Shown one piece after another: positions 38,601-51,780 of a stretch of 63,413 nucleotides of DNA. A program made the translations under genes and the position numbers. The notes beneath the pieces are model-generated. The model had not been told where the DNA came from, did not search any database, and saw only the letters and a program-made list of their open reading frames with translations. Source of the stretch: Octopus bimaculoides (Eukaryota); the NCBI RefSeq assembly GCF_001194135.2, contig NC_068990.1, positions 10,149,914 to 10,213,326 of the forward strand, in the 5' to 3' direction. Each line of letters starts with the position of its first letter. Positions within the stretch are counted from its first letter, which is position 1.

Positions 38601-40099
38601 CAAGTGAAGCACTACCAACACTTTTGTCTGAAAATTATTTACGTTATTATAACAGTACAAGTTGTAATGATTGATTCCATTAAGAATATTGGTAGTTTTT
38701 AAATATCAATAAAAATTTTAGCACTTTTACAAGAAAAGAATAATAAAAGTGAGTAAGAATATGCGAATGCTTGTGAAACAGAAAGAAATTAAGAAATAAA
38801 AGAATCTACAGACAGAACATGCTTTCAAATATTCATCACTCGTTGATATAAAATAAATCTTGTATTTAATAAATTGAAAATCAGAAACTTTTTTGAACGT
38901 CTATTCCAGAGAACACTTAAGAAAAATTAGTCTGCACCTGCCAGAGTCAAACCCATTTAGATCGCCAGTTAAGCGTTTGCAATATGTCTTATGCAGCTGA
39001 TAATTGTATCTAAAGATTTTGCAATAAATTTATTATTTACTCTAGCATCAAATGTATAGAACGCTTCAACAAGTAAAGAAGGAAATGTTACTGAAAGTGC
39101 CTGACTACTCTCTATAAAAATTAAAGAAACAAAACAGACACACATGCATACAAGCACATGCATACAAGCACATACACATACACACCCTCACAAACATACG
39201 CATACAGACACATATTTATGTACATACATACATACAAGCACATACACACATAGCCATTCGCACGAACGCAACCAGGCTATATAACGTGTTAAACAATAAA
39301 TTCATGTCTCTATTTTATAGCAGTCAGTCCCAAATCCATAATTGAAATCTGAATTTAATTGCCGGGACTTTCTTCGTCTTCGTATTTCTTCTTTAACCGA
39401 TTAGGATTCCTTGATGTGACAGAGATTAGCTAGAAATGTTCAGACAAAAGATCAACAGGGATATTGTCTTTTCTTCTAACCATGATCGTACGATTTTTAT
39501 GTATCGCTGTGTAATAGAGTTAACAGTATCCAATTTCAATTGAAAATATATTAAGGCAAATTATTTTGGTTGAAATTTCGATGATTTCAGCAATCTCCTG
39601 TGAATCAATACACACTGGTAAATGGCATACATTTGTAGGCATTGTATGCATCCTCCAGATCTTGCCAGGCAAGTACCATATAATTGGACAACACGTAGGA
39701 TGCACAGCGGTGTTTAATTCATTTTGTTTAACTACGCTCTATGTTCTCCGTGATGTTGGAATTGAATGCAATTAGATTAACACTTGGCAGATCGAAGTGG
39801 ATAATGCTAGAGAAATGAGAGACGATGCGTCATAATCTCAATGTCGCGTTATATTTTCTTAGTGATTGCAAGACTGACAAATTCGCTAAAAGTAGCAGCA
39901 AATTCATAGTGCACAATTATTAATTGTAAAATATAGGAACATTGTCAGGAAACAAGATATTGGAGATATTAATTGTTATATGTGATCGTAAATTGTATAG
40001 ACATTTGGAGAGAAAAGGTGCACTCTCGGAGAGAATGGGCCATTTTTGAGATTAAGGAAGGATTTGGTTTGTGAGCCTCAGGACTGGAGCAGGATGCGA

Positions 40100-40440
40100 G
40101 TGAAACTTTGAGTGTTGATATCACCATGGGTGACTGGAGGTGATTCTGTGAGGGAAATAGTGAGTAAAATATTTATATTGTAGACGATTTGCTTGTGGGT
40201 TCAGAGGGAGGCTCTCACTGTGCAGAGCGTGCTGCAGTATTTCCTGAATAAGGCGAAGAAAAAAAATAGCTACGGGTTCATCAGTTATTATTGGTCAAAT
40301 ACAAATGATTAAATTGGGAGTTAGAGAGCAGTTAAAGACTGAGAAGCTGAATATAATAGATTAGGCATCTACATCTCAGTGAAGCAAAGTAAGTATGGTT
40401 TACATGTAGTAAGAGGGACGTGGTGATGTGGGAATTATAG
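40100..40440 (-). mobile_element. Possible CR1/Jockey-group LINE APE-endonuclease relic
   Basis: The minus strand gives HHVPLTTCKPYLLCFTE and later VTHGDINT, recalling the KP.LL.LTE and GDFN motifs. It is heavily degraded. Confidence 0.3.
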
Positions 40441-41354
40441 CTTATAGGTGAGACCATATTTATTTAATACGTCGGTGAAATTATGAAGGGCTCTATATTA
40501 ACTCTTGCTCTGATATTGTAGCGTGTGCAGGGATAGTAATTGGTTGATTCAAGTGAACCCTACGCAGAAAGCCTCAACTGAATATTTCAAAGAAGGCTAA
40601 CTCCATTAAAGACAAGCAGGAACAAGAAAATAGTTTACAATATATTAAAGAATTCGATACGTTTATCCAACGATCCAACGTGAGCAGGCATTGAAATGAA
40701 GGAGATTGGCATTATTACAAATTAGTCTCGAAAATTTCCATTCACAAATTACCATGTGGGAAATAGATACATTAAAAGAAAATGTAATTCAGGTAATCGA
40801 ATGTGTATTGATTTTGTTTCACGTTGCCCATTCTCTGCTGACGACAGTGCTGATGGACGAAGAATCATCGATATTGCATGTCGTTAATTCACTGGTAAGT
40901 ATAGGTTATAACTTGATTGAGTAGAAAGAAAATTCGTCTACAGAGGGATTTGTAATGAATGGCATAATGCAATTTAGTGTTGAGATTTGGTGTTTCGGGA
41001 AATCTCTACAAGACTAGCGTAAGTAAGTGAGAAAGGTGTTACATGCAACACTTGATTTACAGTTTATTGACCTATATTTCAGTTGTCTGTTCATAATCAG
41101 ATGACTCTGATTACATGCATACACACTTACTCCCACACACAAACATCTATACATATGTACACCCACACACACACATATATATATATAAATATATGTCTGT
41201 ATATATATTTATGTATATATATATATATATATATNNNNNNNNNNNNNNNNNNNNNNNNNNNNNNNNNNNNNNNNNNNNNNNNNNNNNNNNNNNNNNNNNN
41301 NNNNNNNNNNNNNNNNNNNNNNNNNNNNNNNNNNNNNNNNNNNNNNNNNATATG

Positions 41355-41387
<33 letters not shown>

Positions 41388-41449
41388 GCGTGTGTGAGTG
41401 TGAAAACATATACATACACACAGGCACACACACACACACACATATATAT

Positions 41450-41529
<80 letters not shown>

Positions 41530-42479
41530 TGAAAGAAAGAGAGAGTGTAAGAGACAGAGAAATGGAGATGATTCATATTTGCAATGACGTCAGATACATT
41601 GTAATGCAACTAGATGGAGATTCATGCAGAGCAAACGCCGTTGTCGCAAATAGTTTTCTTGAACGAAGACAGTTTAATCTATACACATTACAATATATTT
41701 CTGGTGCTGTCAATATTGATGTGCATTCGTATAGTTTCACTAAAATGTGTAATGTGTAACATTTACTTAATAATCTCAGCGGATATGTAAAAAGGTTTCT
41801 GTGCTTTATCATCAAACACAAAACTGTGTTAAGCGAAAACTAAATAATACAGAGTGATGATCATTGTGCTAGATAACATGATTATTCATTAGAACATGCG
41901 AGAGCAATAACGACAAATTGATAGGATACAATTTCATCTGACAGAATACAGTTTCATCTTGAGATACTTCTAACTACACTGAACAATTATACACATATAT
42001 CATAAGCAATATATCTTGTATACCTAGCGTATACAAATCGGAATACATAATCCGTATTGATATTCGTATTTATAATTCATATTAATATGGGAAAATAATT
42101 TAACTTAAGAAGCATCATTTTAAAGGTAAACAGATATATGTGTAATACATAACTATTACACATGTTTTGATAGCTAGAGAAATAGATTATGCGGGGTTGA
42201 ATTTCTGACTTATATAGGGTCTGAAGGAATTGGAAGGTGTAAGAATCTTTGTATACGCATGTGTGTGTGTGTTTGTGTATGTACACATGTATGTATGCAT
42301 GCATGCATGCATTCATGCATGTAAATATGTATGCATGCATTGGACTTGCATATAAAAATTTGCAGATGTCTAAGGAAATCCCGCCCTATATTAAGGGTTA
42401 TGATTTAAAATCAGTACACACAGAAACAGACACACATACGCGCATACACAGACATATATATATATAAGATATCTTAGTA

Positions 42480-42513
<34 letters not shown>

Positions 42514-42909
42514 TAGATCTAATCAAAAGATTAAATGTAGTACTTAAAATGTTTGAGGCACCAGAATTTGGTAGAGTAAAAACCAAAAACAAAATCAAGA
42601 GATTTGGCGAATAAAATTTGAAGAAAATCAACAACAATTCAATAGGTTATAGCAGTACGTACGTTTCGTACAAACTTCATTTATTCATGTAGTGAGAACA
42701 CTACATAAAATGTGTAATGAAAATGTACTCCTCAGCTGCATAATGGAATTTCATTTTAGAAAGTCATTTTGTAGATGTGTGCAAAAAAAAGAAGAGTAAG
42801 AGAAGAAAAAATACCATCTTGACTGGGCTGTTGTTCAACAGTCTAGTGAATCAAACAATAATTTAATTTCTATATAATCTAATTGGAGGGGTAGTAGTAA
42901 TTTCAATTT

Positions 42910-43145
42910 AGAAACAAGGAGTCCCAAGGAGAGACAACGACATACACAAGACTTCATGCATCGCATGCAGATTTCGGGATACAACCAGAAAGATAGGTAG
43001 GATCCAAGTGTACAGAGGAGATAGCAAGACATTTGAGGAGATTTTTGTCAAAGATACAGATGAAACACAACCTAGGTACCATAATAAACAGTAGAATCTA
43101 CTACAAAGAATTAGTGATAAAACAAACAGAAAGAACACGTGGTAC
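42910..43145 (+). mobile_element. Penelope-like element fragment (post-RT region, Neptune-type)
   Basis: Reads SPKERQRHTQDFMHRMQISGYNQKDR, then in another frame DETQPRYHNKQ*NLLQRISDKTNRKNTWY. This matches recalled PLE motifs FM.RM..SGY....R and RP.YR...W...K...WY. Confidence 0.6.
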
Positions 43146-44409
43146 AATACCGAATTCACACACATTATACACATACATATAAGGGTGCGCGCGCGTGTGC
43201 ATTTGTAAGGCACACTAATATTTTTAGAAGTCAATGCTAGGTAAAATTTTACGAAAAAAATGACATTTGGAAGACTTAAGCAGAATATTACTGTGAATTA
43301 TAGTCAATGTTTATTATTTCGATGAATATCCGTCTCTATTATTGTTGTATATGTCATATTTTCTAAATATATTCGCAGAATATAATTATTTAAACAGTGA
43401 AAGAATTTTTGGTTAAATTTTAGGTATACATGCAGCTTGTGGGATGCTATATTTAAGAATAAAAGCGGGAAAATACAATTAGAGGAACGTTCACGATCAA
43501 AACACGCAATATACGAATACACGGCCTCACTAATACAGACAGCATGCAAACAACTAATACGTTCACCTAACTGATGATAACCTATGTCTAACAAATTTAA
43601 TCACCGAAGTAAAATTGTAACTTCATTCACAGTAAGACTTAACGAAATTGGACTCTCAGTTATCCTGCGAAACTTGAAAGATATAGAAGTTACGAAAATA
43701 TAAAATTGAAAATAAATGAAGGGAAAAGCCTAGAATTAATGAAGCATTCAATATCGATATTCCATAGTTACATCAAATGAACAATCATACACGCATGTAA
43801 AAGGAAGAGGGTTCCGACTTTAAAAACATATGTGAAGTAGAGAAATGCGCTGTGATAAAGTAAATTGGTAAGCTGCAAGGATGAATAGGTTCAAACGTAA
43901 CCGAGTAATACATTTACATATATCACATGCACAAATTCGTTTCATGAATCTGTTTTAACAAGCAACTAACTTCCAAGAAGAACATGGCTATAGAACTTGA
44001 GGCAAGAGAGATAAATTCAATCATTAACGTCAGGATGTGTTTGAAGTCCCTACAAAGAAGAAAAACATGCATAAAAAGATCCCAATTATTGAAATGTCAG
44101 AGACACTGTGACATTTGATTCTGGGTGAAGGAGATGATATAAAGAATATAACAAGGATTTTCACATCAAGACTCTCAACCGAATACACTGTCAAATGTAT
44201 GTCTCAAAAAGGAGTTACACACACCGTCCCTCGCTTTTCTAGAATTGGAAGTCAGATATCACACATCTGACAAAAAGATGAGGATTTTATTGTCGAGAGG
44301 TATATAAGCAAAAAATGACACAAATACACTATCGTTTAAAGGAGCACGGGCCACATATTATTGATGAGAATGTGAATGCGTTACAAGATGTATAACATAC
44401 TTCGAAATT

Positions 44410-44694
44410 GCAAATCGTGAGCGAGAGACCAACAAAACTCCTTTTGGCACCAAGATGAACTGAAGGCAAGGATTATGTCAGCATTCACTAACTTAAACAA
44501 GGCGATCGCCCAGAAGAGATTCCGAAGTCGTATGGAGGCCGCGATTGAACCCAATAGTGATCTTAAATAAATTTACTCTTTAGTATTTTAAGATATTTTT
44601 CTGTAATTTTGGTAAATATATCTGTAAAAATTAGATGTCAGTGTTATTTTCATTTTTATGGAACTTAGATGACAGTTGATTCACTGCACCTTGT
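44410..44694 (+). mobile_element. maT (DD37D)-like transposon 3' end
   Basis: Reads IVSERPTK../TKDELKARIMSAFTNLNKA...RFRSRMEAAIEPN, followed by an AT-rich UTR and an end ...TGCACCTTGTC|TA resembling a CAGGGTGC-type TIR. Confidence 0.7.
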
Positions 44695-44899
44695 CTATAT
44701 ATATAGGGAAAATGTTTTGATAAAGATGCTATTAGTTTTGCTCTCAAAGAGAAAGCAGAAAGACAAAAGCGGGTTTTGATGTTTTATATACAGCTTTCTT
44801 CAGAAAAATAAACGCAGGGAATTTTGCTGAATAGGACCGACGAGAAACAAATAGGGATCAGGTGGAATTGAAGTTCTATGGAAGCAGTTTACTCTGTAA

Positions 44900-45075
44900 A
44901 AGTATAAGCATAGGGAGTGTGAGCGGTGGGTGGGACGCAGTTGGCTAGCTGGGATGTTGAGGGAGATAGGAATTTGTTAAAACTTTGGAGGATGCGTGGG
45001 CACGGGAAAAAGGGCTGACCAGTGGATAGACTGTGTCGTGAGACAAAACATTGAAGTAGGTAACGGTTGTGGAAA
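44900..45075 (-). mobile_element. Possible CR1-group LINE 3' coding relic
   Basis: GC-richer block. The minus strand gives GQPF..FNKFLSPSTSQLANCVPP..HTPYA, similar to the recalled CR1-type ending QPL.HRR..F..YF..CSS.LA.C.PP. Confidence 0.25.
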
Positions 45076-45264
45076 GGTAGCAAAATGATTAAAGGTGGGT
45101 ATATAATAAGTGGGAAAATAAATACGTTACAATATATATATATATATANNNNNNNNNNNNNNNNNNNNNNNNNNNNNNNNNNNNNNNNNNNNNNNNNNNN
45201 NNNNNNNNNNNNNNNNNNNNNNNNNNNNNNNNNNNNNNNNNNNNNNNNNNNNNNNNNNNNNNAT

Positions 45265-45292
<28 letters not shown>

Positions 45293-45296
<4 letters not shown>

Positions 45297-46824
45297 TAAC
45301 TATATAGTAATGCCTCACGCTTAGAGGGACTAAAAAAGTCAAAAACTACCAAAAAATAAGCAACATATTTACCGAAAGCGAGGGAATGCAACTTTCAAGA
45401 ATTAATCTCCTAAAAACATTTAACTTAATGGCAAACCACTGGTTTCTCAATTAATACAGCAAAAACTGTGAAGTAAGCTGCATCTTTTGTTCATCAGTAC
45501 ACGTATGGTCGAGACACATAAAAAATAAACAAAAATCAACATACCACGATGTACCCAACAATAGTACGATGACTTCTGTTCATCATTATATATCCGTGAA
45601 AGAGGTTAAAATGTATCCGGTTGCATCTCAGTAACACGTCCTTATACAGAATAATATTCAGCACTGAATATATTCTAACTATTTATAATATAATATAGGA
45701 TAAAATCTTTATAAGAATTTATGAAGTAGTCAGCGTGAAAAAACCCCATAAGGAAAAAAACTCATCGTTTCTTTCCCATGAATATATAATTTATATACGG
45801 GCTTTAACTATATAGTAACGCCTCACGCTTAGAGGGACTAAACAAGTCAAAAACTACCAAAAAATAAGCAACATATTTACCGAAAGCGAGGGAATGCAAC
45901 TTTCAAAAATTAATCTCCTAAAAACATTTAACTTAACGGCAAACCACAGGTTTCTCAATTAATACAGCAACAACTGTGAAGTAAGCTGCATCTTTTGTTC
46001 ATCAGTACACGTATCGTCGAGACACATAAACAATAAACAAAAATCAACATACTGTTAAGTTAAATGTTTTTAGGAGATTAATCTTTGAAAGTTGCATTCC
46101 CTCGCTTTCGGTAAATATGTTGCTTATTTTTTGGTAGTTTTTGACTGTTTTAGTCCCTCTAAGCGTGAGACATTACTATATAGTTAATGCCCTTATTATA
46201 TATTATATATTTATGGGAATAAAACGATGAGTTTTTTTTTTCCTTATGTGTTTTTTTCACGCTGACTACTTCATAAATTCTTATAAAGATTTTATCCTAT
46301 ATTATATTATACATAATTAGAATATATTCAGTGCTGAATATTATTCTGTATAAGCACGTGTTACTGAGATGCAAGCGGATAAATTCTAACCTCTTTCACG
46401 GATATATAAGGATGAACAGAAGTCATCGTACTATTGTTGGGTACATCGTGGTAAGTTGATTTTTGTTTATTTTTTATGTGTCTCGACCATACGTGTACTG
46501 ATGAACAAAAGATGCAGCTTACTTCACAGTTTTTGCTGTATTAATTGAGAAACCAATGGTTTGCCGTTAAGTTAAATGTTTTTAGGAGATTAAATTTTGA
46601 AAGTTGCATTCCCTCGCTTTCGGTAAATATGTTGCTTATTTTTTGGTAGTTTTTTTACTTTTTTAGTCCCTCTAAGCGTGAGGCATTACTATATAGTTAA
46701 TGCCCTTATATAAATTATATATTTATGGGAAAAAAACGATTAGTTTATTTTCCTTATGGTTTTTTTTCACGCTGACTACTTCATAAATTCGTATATAAAA
46801 TGTTATCCTATATTATATTATATT
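45293..46824. repeat. ~510-bp tandem repeat with an internal orientation switch (large imperfect palindrome)
   Basis: Forward unit 45293-45800 and partial unit 45801-46052, then reverse-complement units 46054-46190 (partial), 46191-46703 (full) and 46704-46824 (partial, into a gap). Periods are 508 and 513 bp. Confidence 0.96.
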
Positions 46825-48436
46825 NNNNNNNNNNNNNNNNNNNNNNNNNNNNNNNNNNNNNNNNNNNNNNNNNNNNNNNNNNNNNNNNNNNNNNNNNNNN
46901 NNNNNNNNNNNNNNNNNNNNNNNNNNNNNNNNNNNNNNNNNNNNNNNNATATAGTTAAAATGCAGTTATAATTGCTGAGCAGGGAATAACTGAGTAGTTA
47001 AGAAATATATATATAAAGTATGTGATTGAAAAAGGAGACAGTTGCAGGAGAAAGAAATCATTATGAAAAGAATATAAAGAAAGGGCGGTAAAGGGATATG
47101 TGTTTTGACGAGAGAAAAAATTGAGACTCAATAAAAAAGAACTGAAAATATTTGAACATCTGCAAACCACCAAAGGAATTGTGCTTCTATTTTCCAACAA
47201 TATTAATAGTCCCATAAGACAGGATTTACAATGTTCAGATATCCTCCATGCTATATAGAATACTGAAAATTAGTATCAATATTTAATCGAAAGTCTGATT
47301 GCTTTTCTTGAAACATTTATATCAGGTCTATGAAAGATGAATATAAACAGGATGGGGACAATTGTATTATCTATGACTGTATATAATGAATAACATATTT
47401 CCTAATACATTACAAAGCGTTGGTCAAAGCGTTTCGCTTAAATTTTTTATCCCCAGGAAATAGAAAAGAAGAAACATAAATGATCTTCAGAAAGGAGAAT
47501 AACAATAGTAATTGATAAGGATGTGAAAACAATAATAATAATAATGATAACGGATATTGCAATGACAGTAATTCTGATGACTACTGGTATGTTTATGAGG
47601 ATAATGAAAACACATTCCTTCATCGATATTTAATTCAGCAAATGAACAAATCCTGTCAAGATATGAAAATATCACACACACACACACACACACATGCACG
47701 TACATACACACATGCACATACACACATGCACATACACACATGCACGCACACCTATACATGTCATTATATTCCGGTATTTCGATACATACATGCGTACATC
47801 GTGGCATAAATATGCATGCAAATATACTAAAAAACACGAATGATACTATCAATGAAAAATATTATATTTTCTCTTTACTTTTGATGGTGATAACTTGTTT
47901 CACTTCATCACATATTGAACATATAAAAGTTATTTTGAAATATGTTTATTTTAACGAAGCATTAGCAGGAAGATCTAGTAATTGAGATTTTCTTTCAGTT
48001 ATGTACATTTACAATATGAAACAATCTTCAAACATCAACGGCAAAAATCTGTAAGTAATATTTTACGCGTGACTTCGGGTTCTAGGTGAAAGTGTAAGAA
48101 ATGGATCTAAAACATTTCTATTTCTGAAATATAGTTCTCTCTCATTTAAATAGAAACTACGGAGAGACATATATTTTTTGCTGACGGCAAAGCCAGCAGT
48201 ATGCAATTGGCGAGTTCTTTATTAATTTCGTGTTATGAAATAAAATCTTCCATAGCTAAAATAAAATATGAAACAAACATTAAAATCAAAATGGAATTGC
48301 TTTGCGACAAGTACATTAACGATATGGCCAAGAGCACTAATAGCAATACACGAAAAACATAAGCAACGTCTACGTTCCCTAATATACTACTACTACTACT
48401 ACTACCACTACTGCTGCTGCTGATGCTGCTGCTGGT

Positions 48437-48526
48437 ACGATGTGTTTATTTTCCTTATGGGGTTTTTTCACGCTGACTACTTCATAAATTCTTATATAAA
48501 ATTTTATCCTATATTATATTACATTA
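48437..48526 (-). repeat. Detached partial copy of the ~510-bp repeat, running into a gap
   Basis: TTTATTTTCCTTATGGGGTTTTTTCACGCTGACTACTTCATAAATTC...CCTATATTATATT matches 46737-46824. Confidence 0.93.
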
Positions 48527-49238
48527 NNNNNNNNNNNNNNNNNNNNNNNNNNNNNNNNNNNNNNNNNNNNNNNNNNNNNNNNNNNNNNNNNNNNNNNNNN
48601 NNNNNNNNNNNNNNNNNNNNNNNNNNNNNNNNNNNNNNNNNNNNNNNNNNNNNNNNNNNNNNNNNNNNNNNNNNNNNNNNNNNNNNNNNNNNNNNNNNNN
48701 NNNNNNNNNNNNNNNNNNNNNNNNNNNNNNNNNNNNNNNNNNNNNNNNNNNNNNNNNNNNNNNNNNNNNNNNNNNNNNNNNNNNNNNNNNNNNNNNNNNN
48801 NNNNNNNNNNNNNNNNNNNNNNNNNNNNNNNNNNNNNNNNNNNNNNNNNNNNNNNNNNNNNNNNNNNNNNNNNNNNNNNNNNNNNNNNNNNNNNNNNNNN
48901 NNNNNNNNNNNNNNNNNNNNNNNNNNNNNNNNNNNNNNNNNNNNNNNNNNNNNNNNNNNNNNNNNNNNNNNNNNNNNNNNNNNNNNNNNNNNNNNNNNNN
49001 NNNNNNNNNNNNNNNNNNNNNNNNNNNNNNNNNNNNNNNNNNNNNNNNNNNNNNNNNNNATATATATATATATATATATATATAAAGGATACGAGGGGTT
49101 TTCGTCTGGGTGACTCCAAATAATAGGAGAGCGTTCCGAGTGGTCAAAATTAGTATGCATTTTTATTATATAGCTAAATTAAATGTCCATGACAAACCTT
49201 GCCAGATTTTTGTCTTTCGTTTTCTGCTATAGTATATA

Positions 49239-49900
49239 CAAGGGGGTACCCAAAAGAAGCTGGAAGTTCGCAATATCCTGTGCTTCACTTAGTTTTATAT
49301 GTTTACACTTTTATCGCCTTCAAAGTATTCTCAATTTGAAGCATTGCATTTGTCAAGATGCGTTTTCCACTGTTGGAGTCAGTGCTGGAACTCTTGCGAA
49401 GTGATGCTTTTAACGCCTCCATCGTCGTTTTCTTCACCTCTTTAGCATCTTTAGAGTCAGCTTTTGTCAACAGTGATGACCTTGGAGAACAATGCCGGAT
49501 CACCTCCCAACTCATCTTTCAGCTCATGACACAGATTCAGTCGTTTCTACTTTTGATCTTCCGTGAGCAAGCAAGGCACAAATTTTGCTGCAACTCTTTT
49601 CATTGGAAATTCCTCGCTCAAGATTCATTGGCAGGAGCTCCAAGACACACCAGTCACATCCACAAATTCATCAATTGTTCGGTGGCGGCTCTGTAAGATC
49701 AGTTCATGAATTTACGTGACTTTCTCATTCATTCTGGATGTCAACGGTCTTCCTGAATGATGTTTGTCTTCAAGTGACAAAGGACCGTTTATGAAGCGTG
49801 AAAAGCGGTCGTAAACTTGTGTTATCCTTATGGCAGCATCCTTGTGAACTCTTTGAAGCATGACAACTGTTTCAGCTGCCGTTTCCCCCAGCAATACCTG
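49239..49900 (-). mobile_element. Mariner (DD34D-type) deletion derivative: DNA-binding half plus C-terminus and one TIR
   Basis: The minus strand reads LLGETAAETVVMLQ..ITQVYDRFSRFING..EDKHHSGRPLTSR..IHELI..TIDEFVDVTGVSWSSCQ*ILSEE..KRVAAKFVPCLLTEDQK..LFSKVITVD, then jumps to ..SITSQEFQH*LQQWKTHLDKCNASN*EYFEGDK. A TIR-like TA|CAAGGGGGTACCCAAAA lies at 49237. Confidence 0.9.
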
Positions 49901-50310
49901 GATTTACCTGAGATTATACTAAAGGGACTATCCCTACACGGAATTACGGAATGACGTTCATAACATCTAGAACAAGATGAGCTGTGAACTTTATTCTCTT
50001 GTCTTTATTCTTCTATCTACTGTTTTATTCTTTTTATACACGCTGAATTCTCTGCCTGGAACTTTCCAGCATACACGCCTGTGTCTTATGACGGAATACA
50101 CAGTGCATGGAGATGTTGACACATCACTTGGGATATCCCAGAAAGATCTGTAAGATATTAATTACTTCTACTCTATTTTTGATTCACCTTATTCTAATTA
50201 AATATTCTAAATGACTTGAAAACCTCGTCCTGCCTTGGTTTTGTTGTCCATTTTCTTTTAATAAAATAATATATATAAATATCTAACTTATGGTATATAT
50301 ATATACATAT

Positions 50311-50706
50311 GTAACATATGGTATAATTATAAACAGTGCAAATTTTAGCTATTTCCTCGGCAGTCTAAATAAAGGATAAACAACCTTAATCGATTGTAGA
50401 ACCTTACTGCGTTCCCATCAGAGGCGTCCACATCATACTAAAAGCCTCCAGACGATAAGTATCCAAACTGCTTATATTCTCAACAAATGCAGCACTTACT
50501 CTATGAAGGAATCCCTAATTTGCATACCGAAAGTGTTTAACACTTATAAATAACAGCGGCCTGTCAACGGGTGATCTTACTCCACACAGTATCAAAGTAT
50601 GGTATAGTAAATATGTAACTTATGGTATAATTATAAACAGGGCAAGTTTTAGCCGTTTCTCCGCAGACTGAAGTACGATGAACAAACTTAATCGATTTTC
50701 GAATCC
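50311..50706 (+). repeat. Old local direct duplication (about 90-bp alignable core, offset about 305 bp)
   Basis: ATGGTATAATTATAAACAGTGCAAATTTTAGC...CTTAATCGATT (50311-50402) versus ATGGTATAATTATAAACAGGGCAAGTTTTAGC...CTTAATCGATT (50616-50706). Confidence 0.8.
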
Positions 50707-51039
50707 AGTTTCTTTGCCCATATATCTCCATGGGTGAATGTGCGAGTGTATGCATCCACCTTTTCTGATAGGTATTCTAGAGAAGGTCGAATTTTTTGAA
50801 ACCTCAGGCACATACATTATTGGGCCAGAAGCAACCGTCATTAGATTTTCCAGATGGATATCCAACTGTGACGTATCGATATAATGTATAAATCGATATT
50901 AAACAATCGTCACCTTTTTGGACTAGAGTAGGCCTTTGTGCTGTGATTCTTCTCTGTGACTTTGTAATCTAATTTTCGTAGTAGAAGATCAGTGACCTCT
51001 TAACACGAATACCAGCTCGACCTGAGGAGACCTCCTGAA

Positions 51040-51420
51040 CACCATATAAGCACCCTGTTGAGTAACTTTAAGCAAGATATCCTCTGGAGAAAATCCAATT
51101 CAGCCGCTTGCATGCGTGAACGTACCCGTTCAATCAATACTGGATGTTCATACTCATAATGGAGGCTAGACACAAAAGCCGAACTGAAGAAAGTGCATTT
51201 GGCTTTTTTCATCAACTTCTCCTCTAGTAAAGAACGAATGCTGGAACGCGCGCATTAATGTGACAGCAGCTACAATTCTAGCAACCGTTTCAGTCACCTG
51301 TCTTTTATCACCCGTAAATACGAGCCTGATATACTGAGATGTTCTACTAACATGTAGTGTGCACTGGGAAGACGTCCCGGAGACGAACAATGTTTCCGTC
51401 TTTTCAACATTAGCCCTCAT
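51040..51420 (-). mobile_element. RTE-clade LINE relic (RT C-terminal/thumb region)
   Basis: Reads RANVEKTETL..SQCTLHVS..QYIRLVFTGDKRQ..ARI / KKAKCTFFSSAFVSSLHYEYE..ERVRSRMQAAELDFLQRI..LLNRV. This matches the recalled RTE pattern K.E..KYLG..FTSDG..KAKL..F.P.LTYGHE..RIQAAEM.FLRR. Confidence 0.82.
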
Positions 51421-51780
51421 CCCTACCTCTACGTGTGTATTTGTGAACGTACATATGTATGTGAATCTATCTATGTATGTGTAAGTGCATTTGTGTTTCT
51501 GCTTGTAAATATAATTAAAGCAAACATGTTAGTATAGTTAGTTGTATTTTTTCTATGCGGTTTTCTTCGTTCCAAGTCAAATATTTTACAAAAGAAAAGA
51601 AAGGAAATGTACATTTGTTTATGTCATTTAAAGAATAAATTTTTGAATCGTCATTCAACTTAAACGTGTTCATCATTTTGCATATAACGAAATATTTATG
51701 AATAACGAATTGAAACATAATGAAGATTATAACAATTAATATTATGAAACACAAACCCAAACATCATTTGCTGCTCGATC

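Noticed and set aside
38268-38674. Acidic or Met/Thr-rich ORFs as a biomineralisation-type protein
   Set aside because: It is a degenerate (GAT)n tract; the Asp-rich frame has an internal stop and no start or splice context.
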